Position numbers and translations under genes: made by a program
Shown here: piece by piece, positions 12,400-32,974 of the stretch
Position numbering within the stretch: position 1 is the first letter of the stretch
How the letters are laid out: the number at the start of each line of letters is the position of its first letter
Notes under the pieces: generated by a model
Seen by the model: the letters and a program-made list of their open reading frames with translations, nothing else
Databases searched by the model: none
What the model was told of the DNA's origin: nothing
DNA from: Styela clava
Lineage: Eukaryota
Assembly (NCBI RefSeq): GCF_964204865.1
Contig: NC_135261.1
Coordinates: 12,276,001 to 12,340,000 of the forward strand
Length of the DNA: 64,000 nt
Direction: 5' to 3'

Positions 12400-13600
12400 T
12401 ATCTCGCGTACCACCAGAAATAGACCAGCGTACCACCGGAGAGCGTTACGGGTCCCGCAGGTTCGGAATTACTGCTCGGCCGTTTACACAGATATTTCAT
12501 ATAGTAGGTCGGGGGAAGTCGGACCCACTAATAAGTTAATTTTAAATAACTCTTCAAATAATGTCGTAGCTGCATTCGTTCTACGTTCGATTTATGCACC
12601 CACCCTCCAGCTATCTTGCCACATTTGCACATTGTTGCCATAGCAACGAATCGGAATTTACGCCCGATTTTCAGCTAAAAAAATATCGGGGTAAGTTAGA
12701 CACTTTGTGGGCAAGACGGACACACACCAAAATAAATGGTGTCTAAGATTTCGGTCATAAGACTTCGGTCAACGCCTAGATGGCTCAAGATTCTGTCTCT
12801 TAATTTTTTTTTAAACAGATCACTTTTCTTGCATATTAAAAAGTATGTCAGTCTTACCCCATAAAGGACATAACAGGGCAATATTCAAAAGAGTTTGACC
12901 AGTTTTAGGAAAACTAGAAATTTAAAATTTAGTTTGCACTTTTTCAACTGCAATTTTTATATCTGCATAATCTTGGGCGTATTTTATACGCATATGGAAA
13001 AAAAAATTGGACGGGTTAAGATGAAATATTACGCCGGGCCTAACTTCTGAGAGACCCAGTATAAATATGGCGATGAGTGTGCTTTTGATCTTTGTTGTAA
13101 AAGGATACTTAGTACCAAAAAATAATTATTTATAAGTTTCGATGACGACGTCCCATTGACATTCTCAACAGACTATATTGAAAAAAATCCTCCCACCTCC
13201 CCCTTCCAAAATCCACCCTACCTCTTAAGTGACCCTGCCAACCCAAAAATGAGTACTGGCAGTCTGCTAAAGAATTTATTCTATCTAATGCAACTACTTT
13301 CAACAAATAAACAAAATAGAACCGAGTTCGCAGACTTTTCCGACTAAAATTATTCTTTGCCACCACGTTTTTCTGTCCCAACAGAAACACCCTTTCCCCA
13401 AAAAGCACCGCCTTGTAAGTTGTCGAGCCTGAAATGTGAAATCTTGGTTTTGTCGTTGTCCGCATGATGACGCTCTTTCACGCGATGCGTTCTGAGCGAC
13501 GAAAAAGCGCGAGGTGTCGCTGTTACGAGGATTTTATTTTGACTGACCATCATACCCCGGGTGTCCGATTTACCCCGACCGAAGATGTATGGTAGCCAAA
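12400..13600. mobile_element. Mosaic of degraded DNA-transposon ends (pogo/mariner-like)
   Basis: Related TIR-like motifs ggtcgggggaagtcggaccca (~12506), tcggggtaagttagacac (~12686) and inverted gtgtccgatttaccccgacc (13561-13580). Mariner-like end ...gagagacccagTA at ~13060. Locally higher GC/CpG. Confidence 0.35.
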
Positions 13601-14550
13601 TTTGTGATTCTCGAAATTGACATGAAAGAATTTCCCCGCTTTTTGTTTCGTGTGGTTGCAATGCCAGGTGTGATGAAATACGCTCAAAATCATTAAAATG
13701 GTGACCATGGCGACATTCGTTTATGTATTGTGGCCAAATAACTAAATGAAAATAGATAGAGATAAAGCTCACGCTGACGATTGCGCGATGTTGCAGCATT
13801 GTCGGAAACGTGTCTTTATGACGTCGAGGACTCGATAGATTCAACTCGAGTCCCTTACTTATTACTGCAATTCGCCGATTCTGCTAAATTATGAACTCAT
13901 GTCGTCTCCAGTAGTATGTGAGAAGGATTTAATAACTATATTCAAAACATGCTTTGTTTTGCATATTGATCTATTTGAATATACATCATGTTTTAAATAC
14001 TGCATTTTAGACAACCTCTGACTATTGTCACTATTAGCTTACCTACTCAACTGCATGGTTCATAAATTGAAATTCGTATTACTATACGTTCTACAATATA
14101 GTTTATTAATAATTGTAATTACTATTGAAGAGTCATACGATATATTAAACAAAGCGGTGTTTCTGTTAATGAAAAAATCTATGAGGAATATTTCAAATAT
14201 ATATTATCTTCATCCTGTGATAAATTATTAGGGCATAAAAAATGACACACATAGAAAGTTACGGGATTTCATTGAGAATTTTCAAAAACAGCAATTCAAA
14301 GGAAAATAAATTACAACTGTAAAGAATGTACTATGAACTATATGAAAAACACGATTAAACGGCACATGCTGTGGCTATTATTACTGTCCAACTAAAAAGA
14401 TCCGTGTAGCATCGCTAGAAAGTAATATTTACCGAACTAAAGCTGCAATTTTGACTATGTTAGTAGGCAGATATTTATTAATTTATAAAATAATCATAAA
14501 AGTAGTGAATTTAATATTAATGGTATATCATTATATCAGTGATACCTAGG

Positions 14551-17500
14551 TTAATAATGTCGTGACATCATGTAGCACGTGATTACGATCATGTGAGCGG
14601 TAACCAGCATTATTGTGTTCACACTCAGTCTTGAAGCGTGACTCGTTGTAGATTCAGATGAAGACTCGGTAAACATTGATGTTGAATTACTGGGCGTTTC
14701 CATGGTAGATACATTTTTAATAAATGGACCTCCATAACCAAGATCATCCCAAAAGTCACAAATTTCGGCTCTAAATTCATACCTAACCTCACTAGATTGC
14801 GAACGGATGTACATATACGGCCATGGTTGACTTGAACCTGTAAATATCAGGTAATGCGAGTGTTTAATATTATAAAATGGCTAACCTCGAAATATTTGAT
14901 TCATGAAATGGAATTGACTATTTTATTCGAATCTCACAAAATATTAGAATTTTCACATCGCAATTTGCAGTTCCTATAAGTTGACAATGTTCAAACCAAC
15001 AATCGCGTGGGTGGTATAATAGTTAAAGCATCATATGACAATAATTCATGAACTTTCATATAATAAGCGTCTATTTCATTTATGATCACTTAGGCGTAAA
15101 CTGACATAAAGACGGAGAAAAGGTTTACTTTAAGCGATATGTCACATGAAAAACTGTTATATATTTTATTTTTAATAATTGTACTTAGCCAGGATATACC
15201 AATGAGACATGCTAATTATGAAACATATATTAACTACCTTATTATAATTGACACGGATAAGTGATGCGAAAGTTCGCAAATAATATTTTAGTGTAATAAT
15301 CGTGTAACAGAAGGGAAATTTTTTTGTGTCTAATTGACAAATTGGCGATGAGAATCTTGTACGGATAATAGTTAATCATAATACTTACCGTCACCGGTAT
15401 TGTACTTAGGCCATGATGGAAAATTTTCTTCAAAGTTTAACAAACCACTGGACGGGTTTCCTGTTTGAGCGAAGCCAGCCCAATATATGCTGAATTGATT
15501 CTCAACAGATAAGTGATCTTCCGTGTAGGTTTCGAAGCTGAATAATAGATTTAGATAAATAAATATAAATAGGTTTTCAACAAACTTGACCCAACTGATC
15601 GATAACAAATTCAATAAAAAAATGACACAAAGTGATGGCTGATGAATCGTATTATAAGAAGTAACTTTTTTTAGATTAAATTTAAAACCTAACGCACAGT
15701 GTTTTTTCCATTCCTAGGTTTCCTTATTACATACCTAACTTCTTCAACTGTTCTGAAAACAAATGGCACATCAGCTGAATGGTAAGAATAATAACATCCA
15801 GTGGCGTTTCCGCCATTCGCATAAAAGCAACCCAGAAAAAGTACCTTTTCATCAAAAACATAATAATACACGGAAGCAGATGTCGTATTTGCTGCTAATC
15901 TAAAACAATGTAATACAGTAGATAAATATTTGAGATTTACTTAATTATATATATTGGGATATTTTTCGGCGCTCCACAAGTGTGTGTACCAATATGGAGG
16001 TAACTAATTTTGTTCGTCTACTTTACATCAAGTGCGTAAAGGAATTGAAACCTATGTGGGTACATTCACTTGTCTAACATTGACAGTACCCGAACTCGTA
16101 ATAGAACTAAAATACGAAAAATCGGAATCAAATTATGGCCTAACCTTAACCTGGGACACACACTACGGGAGTACCCATTTTACAACGTATTCTCATTGCT
16201 CTAATGATAAAACTAATAAATCATATACTGATGTGAAATAGTAAAGACTTATTTTTCGTCAGCAATGGCTATTGTTTCTTTTATTCGGGCATGACGGAAC
16301 ACCTGGTGAGTATCATGGTTCGTTTCCAAACAATAATCTGTTCTGGGAATTGACGTTCTATTTTTTTTTTATTTTTTTTTTATGTCAAAACTTGTGTCAG
16401 CGACAAATACACTGGTAGGTCATGAACGTTATTTCAAATACTTTCTAAATGTTTTTACAGTGATATATAGTTAGTTACCTTGCCATATGCCTATTTGGAC
16501 ATGTGAATGTGTATTCTGTTGTCTGCTTCCCATAAGTTACTCGATAATCTTCACCTTGATTGGGTGGATATATTTCCATGTATTTGTCAACGATGCTTCT
16601 TGCCATTCCTATATCACCAAATGCGTCAACATTGGCAGCCTGAAACGAATTTTCAAACTTTCTATTACTAATAAAATACAAATTAAATATTATGTTTACA
16701 TAAGGTCTCACTATTTGTTGATCTATTTATGTTGACTAGAACAAAAACATACCTTTAATCAATAACTTACAAAAAATATATTTTCAGTGTAGTTGAATTG
16801 TTTTGGAATGGAAAACATGATGATGTCGTACTCTTCGGCAGTAACACCGATAATCATATCTTTTTCAGAATTCCAATTTCCGCTCCTGTATAACTCCATC
16901 GGCCAATCGGTAAATTCAACCCCATCAATTATAGGTAGATAAGTTTCGGATGTATAAAGCCCAAAACCTTCTTCCTGAGCCGTCGATTCTTGTACCAATT
17001 GTGTTTGATTTATAATATGTTGTGCGGACGAATTGCTGTTAGACGAAGATATAAACAAAAAATATGAATAATGCTATAAATTATATTAGAATAGGAATTA
17101 TCATAGTGGCTCCAGATTTAATTACACTAAAGCAGAAAATAGGATAAAATATAATACATCACATCAAATAGAAATGAAAAATGTATCATGACCTATATAC
17201 TCATGTTGCCAAAATGACAAGCTTACATTAAACAAGCTCTTTCGTCTCCGGTACATCCTAAACTTTGTAATAATCTGTTAGTAATCCTCAGTGACATCTC
17301 CGGTGAAGGATAATAAAATGAATAGGCAGCTGGATTACTTTGTTGAATTGAGTTCGTGTAAAGATTTTTACTGATGGGGGAAAGTGTATGGAACATGACA
17401 GATTGCGCTCCAGCACTGTCTCCAAATATTGTGACCTGAAATGAAAAGAAAAAATTCAAAAACACCACAAAGCATGAAGCAGTATGTAACTTGAAACATT

Positions 17501-19718
17501 CCATTTCTGCAAATAGTTTATCATTTCAACACTTAAAATACTAACGAAACAACAAACCCTGGTTTTATCTCCTCCGAAATTTTCAATATTTTCTTGGACC
17601 CATTCTAAAGCAAGTTGCTGATCTTTCAATCCTTGATTTCCACCTATGCTATTTTCTTCTGCTTGTTGATGCATCAAAAAACCTAGAGGACCTTTGCAAA
17701 CATACGTAACGCTGTTTATACTCATTATACGTAGATAGTACGTAGAAGGGTGAATTTTGCCAAATGAAAACATGCAGTGAATCGTAATTTGATATGAAAT
17801 GTTTGTCGTTCAACATTTGCGAGTGCTTAGATTTACATAGGTTTTTTCTGAACCAAGTACGGACATGATACATTATACATAAACTATTAAAAAGATAATT
17901 TATACCTAAACGGTAATTAATGGTAACAACCACTGTATTTGTGAAATTGGCAAGTTCTCGTCCGTCCGTTCTCGGCTGTGTTCCTGAATTTATTGTAAAA
18001 AATCCTCCATGAATATAGAATAATACAGGAAGACGATCAGATGGAGGTTTAGAAGAATCACTCAAATCCAAAGACGATGGCGTGAACACATTTAAAATTA
18101 AACAGTCTTCTTTCATCTGCAATAATTCACAATACCAAATTTATTATCATTATAAATTGTAGAGCCTTTGTTACAATTATTATAAGGTTAACTATAAAAC
18201 AACTTTTAACTGATTTACCAAGAAAACGATACATACATACAATGCAGTTTGTGTATTGTTAATGGGGGTTTTATAACAATTTTATATTCTCTATATATAT
18301 ATATGCAAGTTATTTTCAATGATGAGCTATATATAACGATATATATTTGTTAGAATCGAAGTTATCATAATTTCACCGCTTACATTTAAAATACATTGTT
18401 CTTCAGTGACAGATTTACAAACATCCTCGTATTGATAGCATTGAAGGAAGTTGTTTGAAGTTCCATTTATATGTTCATGGGGTATTGTAATCTTTTGAGG
18501 CGGCTGAAACCTGAAAATCAGTAATAATATTTATTTACATTGCCTCGGCATAATTTTCAATAATATTGGGGTACTTGTCATTTTATAATTACTTTTAAGT
18601 TTGTTCGTCTTATAAATGTACGATTGAAGATATCAAAACTTTTTCAGTGTTTTTTAATATGTTTGATTTATTGTATTGATTTACTATTTGTTTCTAACCA
18701 AAAAAGCTCGGCAATTAGCGGATCTATCTTTATTGGATAAATAATCACATTTACGATAGAAACATTAAGATGAATATATAGTTTCGGACAATGTGCAATA
18801 GATATTGAGATGAACTTTTGCGCAAACTTATTGTATACTGAAAATACTAACCTTAACTCGCCTATGGGTGGTTGAGCATAAGGAATCTCCCAAAATGCAT
18901 TGGATTCGGCGGTCTTTGCTCCAGAAACTAATCCCGACGAGGTGTTTACTTGAGGGAAATCCAGTGTAACTTCTACAAATAAAGCGATGTATCGAAGTCT
19001 ATTCACGTGTTTTAATAATATTTTGTGCAGTTTCATTTATTCAAGTACTATTATCAATTACAAATCGTTTTTTTTCAAATTTAGATCGACATCGTAACTA
19101 ATATTGGTATATGTCAAACGTAAAACGATTATGTTTCGTTCCATTAATGGAGTTCAACCATTTTTACAGAAACTTATTTTTCTGCACCTTAGGTTGCTTT
19201 GCTTCGAATTTTGTTAAAAAGTTTCGAATACCAAGTTTACAAGCAAAGAACAAGAAATATTTCGATTATTTAACTAACAGTTTAGTTTGCGTGAAACTAA
19301 GTACATTTCCTTGCTCTCTATGCCTTTGCGCAGGTGGATGCGTATTACGCAAGGCTGTATGCGTATTACGCAAGGATGCTGTAGCAACAGTGTAAATGGC
19401 TATTCTATTCAATTCAAGAGTCTTGCTGCACATGAACACAAATACATTTCTGTAACGTTTCGTCTGACCGAGGTCAGAAATATATTGTGTTCGTGTACCG
19501 CACGACTCTTAAATTGAATAGAATTCGATTATTGTTGTTATTTTGTGTTGAAACATACCACTAATTCTTCTCGATGCACGAACAGATTCAATTTTCAATC
19601 GGTTACTTTGTACTTCGCGTTTATATGATTCATACAAATTAGGGCCATTTGGTACATTTAGAGATTCTACAATAACAATCCCATAAAATGCTATGGCAAA
19701 TGATATTTTAGAAACCAT
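14551..19718 (-). CDS. Type-B carboxylesterase (cholinesterase fold), predicted GPI-anchored; copy A (662 aa, 11 exons)
   Basis: Exons 19718-19559, 18972-18852, 18510-18384, 18116-17906, 17691-17558, 17435-17227, 17035-16771, 16639-16479, 15899-15735, 15537-15389, 14837-14551 total 1989 nt with no internal stop. Motifs: [43 protein letters not shown] (Ser), GVTAEE (Glu), YHSAD (His), CDFW; S/T linker plus hydrophobic tail. Confidence 0.93.
15968..16175. mobile_element. ~210-bp non-autonomous element in intron 8 of copy A
   Basis: Imperfect terminal inverted repeats ggcgctccacaagtgtgtgtacca / tgggacacacactacgggagtacc, a subterminal cctaaccttaacc motif and T-rich flanks. Confidence 0.55.
19285..19480 (-). 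repeat. Penelope-pLTR-like short repeat with partial hammerhead-like core (intron 1 of A)
   Basis: Minus strand reads TCTGACC-TC-GGTCAGA-C-GAAACGTTA-CAGAAATGTATTTGTG. The downstream part aligns with 57540-57670. Includes a tandem atgcgtattacgcaagg x2 (19338-19375). Confidence 0.55.
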
Positions 19719-20101
19719 TATATTTAAACAATAAATACAAACCAATCTGTGTAAAACAAGTTCAAAAACAACTTTTGATTAGGATTGTCGATTAGATTAT
19801 AATGACTTCAACGTCAACGCATACTAATTGTATATTGAAGCTAAAAAAGCATTCCAAGATGGGAGGAGTTATTTAAAAAATAAATAGTTAAGTGTCATAG
19901 ACACGATCATATGTGAATGTGAGGCATTAAAAGTGGCTAATTTACAATCGACAGCTAAATTAAGAAATTTCGGCATTAAACTATACGATTAAAAAGCACT
20001 CAAGCAAACTGGATCAAAATTTTAAACAACTCAAGAAAGATTTTGTATAGTTTTTTATCAGTAAGATCCGAACACATATTTCGTCTTTAAACACTCTACA
20101 C

Positions 20102-20780
20102 CAGTGGTTCTCAAACGGTGGGGCACGCCGCACAAGTGGGCGTAGACAATTTTTTAAGGGGGCGCAAAGCTAAATAAAAATATGTTTTTTTTTTTAGATT
20201 CGATCTTGTTGTGAACTCCCAAAATGTAAACTTACAAGAAATCCATTCATTGTCAACGAGTACAGTCTGCCAGAAAACTGCCAAGAAGAATTCTTAGAAA
20301 TTAATTCAAAAGACGACTCTGGAACAATGCCACTCAGCGAAATCTGGGTTGAATATGCGAAAGTGTACAAAAATGTGGGTGATGTTTCTCTGCGAATTTT
20401 GATACCATTTTCTTCAACGTATATATGCAAAATTGGGTTCTCCACTCCAAAACACGTGGACACAAAAGCCCTAAACCAGCTTCCCTATGAAAGCGATTTA
20501 CGATGTGCATTTTCCAACACAAAACTTCAAATTAAAGATCTTGTCAGTTAAAAACAACTGCACCAATGAAAATAACAACAAATTTTGCTTGTTTTTAAAA
20601 CTCTTCAAATATTTCATTATTTACGTCCACGTATTTTCAACGTGTATTTTGAATAAACCATACTTTCGACATACTATCTGTTCTTTGTAACTTATTGTTA
20701 GCTAGTTATTTTTGTGGTAGTGCGCGAGACTTGACAAATTCTAAAAACCAGGTGCGGCTTAAAAAGTTAGAGAACCACTT
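20102..20780 (+). mobile_element. Internally deleted hAT (Buster/Charlie group) transposon
   Basis: TIRs cagtggttctc / gagaaccactt and 8-bp TSD ctctacac/ttctacac. The internal ORF 20327-20551 (…LRILIPFSSTYICKIGFS…ESDLRCAFSNTKLQIKDL) resembles the C-terminal dimerisation domain of Buster/ZBED5-type transposases. Confidence 0.9.
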
Positions 20781-22156
20781 TTCTACACCGTTTAAAAGAG
20801 TGAATGCAATTATAGAATTACAATATATTTTTTGTTTTATAACAATGTCTTTAAGTGTGAATAAATTTTATTGCAGTAAATAGGCGTGCGATATATATGA
20901 GTAAAATGATAATAAATGAAAAAAGAGACACAACATACTCCCTGCTGCATTTAAATAAATTAACTATTTTCTGATAATTGAAAATATGGAATGTTCAAGA
21001 AAAGTCAAATAATAATAAAAACCTATATTTAAAGAGCCATATTTAGAGCTAAGTGGAAGTTTCCAGATCAGACATACAAGGTCAAGAGGAACTGAACTAA
21101 TCATTTAATTGTTATACACCTAGGTCCTAGTTATAATGATAATGTCTTTTGTATAGGCTACAACTAAAGTCTGAAATATCTGAACAAATATTTTTCATAT
21201 AAACACTAAAATCAACTTTTTTTAATTTTTTATTCATATATATATTTTTTTATTTAATATATATAATATTCACAAAATCTCTATAATAAAAAATTCTAAT
21301 GTCAAGAAATGTGAACATCGGTAAAATCGTATTTGAAATTATTCTCTCAATGCCAGAATGTTATCAATAGAACAAAATTGGATAAGTGAGTACGTGGAAT
21401 AAAATAAAAAAATTAGAAAAAGTATTTTCCCAAGCCTGGTATTGTTGTTAACTATCTATGCAGTTAATTAGAATACGCTTACTACGATATGCCAGTACAT
21501 TTGCTGGAATTCCTCACATCGTTATCCTCAACCTCACACGACACACCTGCAAGTATTTTGATGCCCGAACAAACACGATTTATTTCCTGTTTACTCTTCT
21601 CTACGTAATTTTTTTGTGTCTAAAGACGAGGAATTCTTATAAAAGTTGGTAATTTTCAAATTCTGCATTTTTTGGCAAAATTGTTTATCAATCATAGTTT
21701 TAATTTACATAGTTAAATTTTGAAAAGTGTATAATTTCCTATTTTACATTGTTCGACATTTTTTTATTTGACAAATATAATATTAGGTAAAACTTTTTTT
21801 ACAACCTCAACTTCACTTTTCCCTATTCTTCTAATATCTGAAAATATTTTGTACCGATTCTTTCACCAACCAGTCGTGAGTAGCAACTGACTGAAAATTT
21901 TTAGCTTGCGTTTATCACAATGAAATTCAATGAGGTATAACCAAATATTTGCCAGTCAAACAGTGAAAATAACTCGGTTTAATCACGCGATCCTTTAAAA
22001 TGCGATCCAGCGTAGCGATATATGTCACATAATAGAATAGTATGGCCTTGAGAAAATTATAGGGTTAAGGAAGCGTGGAGTATAAACTAAAACTCAGCCT
22101 ATGAGCTAGATTGCATATTTGCCCATACTTTCGAGAAATCGGTCACGATGGCTTAA

Positions 22157-22364
22157 CATTGGTATTGTTCTCGATTTACCTAAAATAAGTGAACAATTGG
22201 AAAAAAGAGAACAAAAATTTACCAGGTCTAAAACCATTCTTGGGGTGGTGTGGCGTTGTACATTGGTATTGTTCTCGATTTACCTAAAATAAGTGAACAA
22301 TTGGAAAAAAGAGAACAAAAATTTACCAGGTCTAAAACCATTCTTGGGGTGGTGTGGCGTTGTA
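22157..22364. repeat. Perfect 104-bp tandem duplication
   Basis: 22157-22260 is identical to 22261-22364 (cattggtattgttctcgatttacc…ggtgtggcgttgta). Confidence 0.95.
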
Positions 22365-23941
22365 AATGATCCATCTAATACGAAACTAGGTTGCACTTTG
22401 CACATATATTCACCTTTTCGCCGTACTGGAGCAGTAATTATTACCTGTTGCCTTGTGTCGTTTTATCTTTGTTGTTGCAGCCACGCCTCAAATTCGACGT
22501 GTAAGAGTGAGGAAAATTTTACGTGGATAGATTTCAGATATTTGGTTTTAAACAGAAATATGATTTTGTATTGCACCGATGAAGTAATAATTGTCTACGT
22601 GCTATTTCATTGTGAAGATATCGGTATCTTATTTTTAAGTTGTAATATTTGTCAATATCACGGTACAAGATAAATCTGCGATAGATTGGAAGGCTTGCCC
22701 TTTTGCATAGTAATTATGGGTAAGATTGAAACTATGGGGCGCCACCTACCGATTCAATCATATAGAAATCACACACCGACTTCAATTGTTTATTCATGCT
22801 TCCACAATTGCCATCACAAAATAAACTGATTTCAATTGCTTAGTGGATGTAGTGCGTAGCATAAAGAAGCTTTTTATATACCATCCACTACATACCTATC
22901 TGAAATGAGTACTGAACCAATTTTATTTCTGTGTAGCTAAAACTTTGTCCAGTATGCATGTATGACGAAAAGATCTAAAACCCCGATATGACCAAATTTT
23001 CGAAACTGTACTAGAACGAAGAGGTCACTAACTCAACATTGTATTTGCGATTTTACACAACTTTAGCGTGGATTGCTTCTGGCTGTCGAAAATAAAAAAA
23101 TCAGTTGTAATGACTTGACCAACCACCTAGATTTTGATTTTTTTTTTAAACTTTCTGTGCATATTAAAACATTGGTCTTTGTAAGGTTTGTAAAGGTGTA
23201 ACACGGTAAAAAAAGGGGGGATATCACTATTATAAAGCATAAACACCAACCAATTTAAAATTGGCAGGGACTCAAAGAAGTAATTTATTGATAACACGGG
23301 CCGCCACTGTACGTAGGTGGTAGCTTTTTTATTAAATTATTTTAACGCCAATGTGTTTTACTGATGCTCGTTGTATCCTCGTAGTAAGATGAACTACGCA
23401 TGGCCAAATCAGCTACATGGAAATCGCATATGTTACATAGTAATTTTAATTGAATATGGAACATGTTTTGTCAAATATTAGGATATTCTGAAGCAGTATT
23501 ACTCTCTGTTCATAAATTAATTGATTTTTCAATGGAAGTCATTGGCTTGGATATTTTGAAATTTCAGAATAGAGTTTGGTACGAAACACTTTTTACATAA
23601 ATACCAACACCCACATCAAGGACGTTCATTCTTGTTCAAAGGCGTGCACAGCTCAATAAGACATTCGGGTAAAATTTAACTGAATTTTAGGATGCGATCA
23701 TGGGATACTGTTTTAAGCCGCAGTCTGAAATGGGACTTGTGAGGACTCCTTTGAAATCATTTAGATTGAAATGAATATGTCCCAATATTGAGTTCTGTCT
23801 TCATAACTTTGATTTGATAAAACTATATTTTGTATGTCAATCATCTAGTTTTTATATTTAATGCTATAATCTAACCTATAAATGTGACATGCAATTATTG
23901 TTCAAATTAACCTTAAAACATTTTCATGAAAGAATTCATAA

Positions 23942-30913
<6,972 letters not shown>

Positions 30914-31147
30914 AATGTTTTATAGATATATTCTAAAATTTGTGAAATATTAGGAAAAACATTTCAAACTGTGTTCTATTAATTGTTCGATTTCCTGCTT
31001 CATTTATGCGTTTTTATTCATTTAATAGCCCTCTATGTGGCTGTAGCTGACTTATTTCTTTTGTTTGTGCTAGCTTCTGATATTTTCGTCAATTACAAAA
31101 GTGGACAAATAATAATGCTCGTATATGTCTTGTTTCATGTTCTAGAT

Positions 31148-32199
31148 CAGGCCTGCCGAACCTTTTTCGTCTCGCGGGCCACTTTCACGTGACGAAATTC
31201 GTTGCTGGCGCAGACGTTTGTACCAAACATTAATACCAGCTAAGTCCTGATTTCGGTGTAGGTCAATTACATAGCACATGAAAGGCAAGTTTATCAACAT
31301 AAAATCAATCAAGTTAATAATTGCTTTCTTGTTACTGTGCAGGGCTGGCAAATTATTCGAATATCATGTCGAATATTAGAATAGCAGTTTACTATTCGAA
31401 TATTTATTAACACGTGCGTGGATGACACTCGCGGGCCGCCGGATCAAAGAATTAATCATTAGATTCATTACACAACACACTTGCGGTTTTTTGACGAACA
31501 CACACGCATCACGTCAAAATTGAGTGTAATATTTGCGTTATAGTGTTTTTATTCATTCATTTTCAGTAGCTATGATACTGCTTCAATGTTTAAATGAGCA
31601 TAATGTGCGCCAATGTCGCGGTTATATCAAGTTTAGGCGGGCCGTTTTGTAAAATTTGAAACACCAGTACAAGTATTTAATGAAGTGACATTACAAAGAT
31701 TTCTGGACGAATAGCCTATATATACTAATTTGTGACTAATATGTAGCAATGTCAACTTCCTCAGAATTATTGACGGACACGACTTTTGTGAAGACATTTC
31801 CGAAATCTTATTTAACCCAAACATAACAAAACCAAAGATATTGTTGACTTTTTATTTTACGTTTGCGATAACCTATAATTGCGCTCAGTGTTCGTCCCCA
31901 GTGATCACACAATATGTTTCGAGTTTGTCCAACAGAACGTACAGTTTTGCGAGAGAAAAAAAAAACTGACTTCGATGTCCACCAGGGTGCAAGACTTGAC
32001 ACATATACGTACTAATATGAACCGGCATTTGAATGTAGATAGATGGCAGAAATAATCACACTAAAATCACGAAACATACTTAAGCCTATATATAGTATAT
32101 ATTGATATATAAAATAGTGAAAATTTAAAAAGTCTGCTTACAAACATTATAGGCGGGCCGCAAAAAACAGTTTGGCGGGCCGCGGGTTGGGCAGCCTTG
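31148..32199. mobile_element. Non-autonomous hAT (Charlie/Buster-type) element, ~235 bp upstream of copy B ATG
   Basis: TIRs caggcctgccgaacc / ggttgggcagccttg, TSD ttctagat/ttctaaat and subterminal gcgggccgc motifs. The orthologous sites upstream of D and E are empty. Confidence 0.88.
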
Positions 32200-32739
32200 T
32201 TCTAAATAAACTTGTTAAATTTACATTTTTTACTATATTTTACTGATAGAGAGACAAAACTATTTTGTCGATTCAGGTGAATACAATACATCATGTATAT
32301 CGCTTCAGGAAGTTTCTACTTTAACATGTGATATATATTCCTCAGAAAATTCTCCCGTTATTTTAGTATTGAATTTTTTTCATGATTGGTTTGAAGTGTT
32401 GGCGATTATAAACTGGTTCACAGGTTTGAAGACGTCGTTTTTACTAAAATTATTTAATCACATGCCGCTTGCACAGATAGTCTACTGATAGATGATTTTA
32501 GCCTATGATAATCACGTCGTTTGCGAGAATTTTGATTACCGCAACCAAACTAAAGCTCCTCGGAAGAAAAAATGAAAATTACGGAATTGAAAAATGCAAC
32601 TATTTTTTGGAAACATAACTAAAAACTGACAAATAACTTTGTAACGCAAAACTAAGAAAACGAAGCTGCTTAAACATCTGACTGAGCGACTGCAGAAACT
32701 GCAATTGTTATGTCATTCTAACACTAAGTGATTCTATAG

Positions 32740-32810
32740 TCTTGCTTCACACTAACACAAATATATCTCTTTAACGTTTCGTCTGACCAAGGTCAGACTT
32801 CTTCATAGTT
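32740..32810 (-). repeat. Hammerhead-like repeat copy
   Basis: Minus strand aTGAAGA-A-GTCTGACC-TT-GGTCAGAC-GAAA-CGTTA. Confidence 0.55.
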
Positions 32811-32974
32811 CAATTTAATCGATAGCACACGTATGTCATTGTTGGCTTCTTTTTGATTGATTGTGGTTAAGAAAAAATCTAAATGTTGAGTAGCTGAGAT
32901 TGCTATTGTTGCACAATAAATACCTGTATTGTATTTTAAGTTATTTTAATAATAGACAGTAGAATGGACATCAA

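Noticed and set aside
13130-13844. 111-aa and 164-aa ORFs
   Set aside because: No recognisable domain or splice framework; they lie in a GC-richer repeat mosaic.
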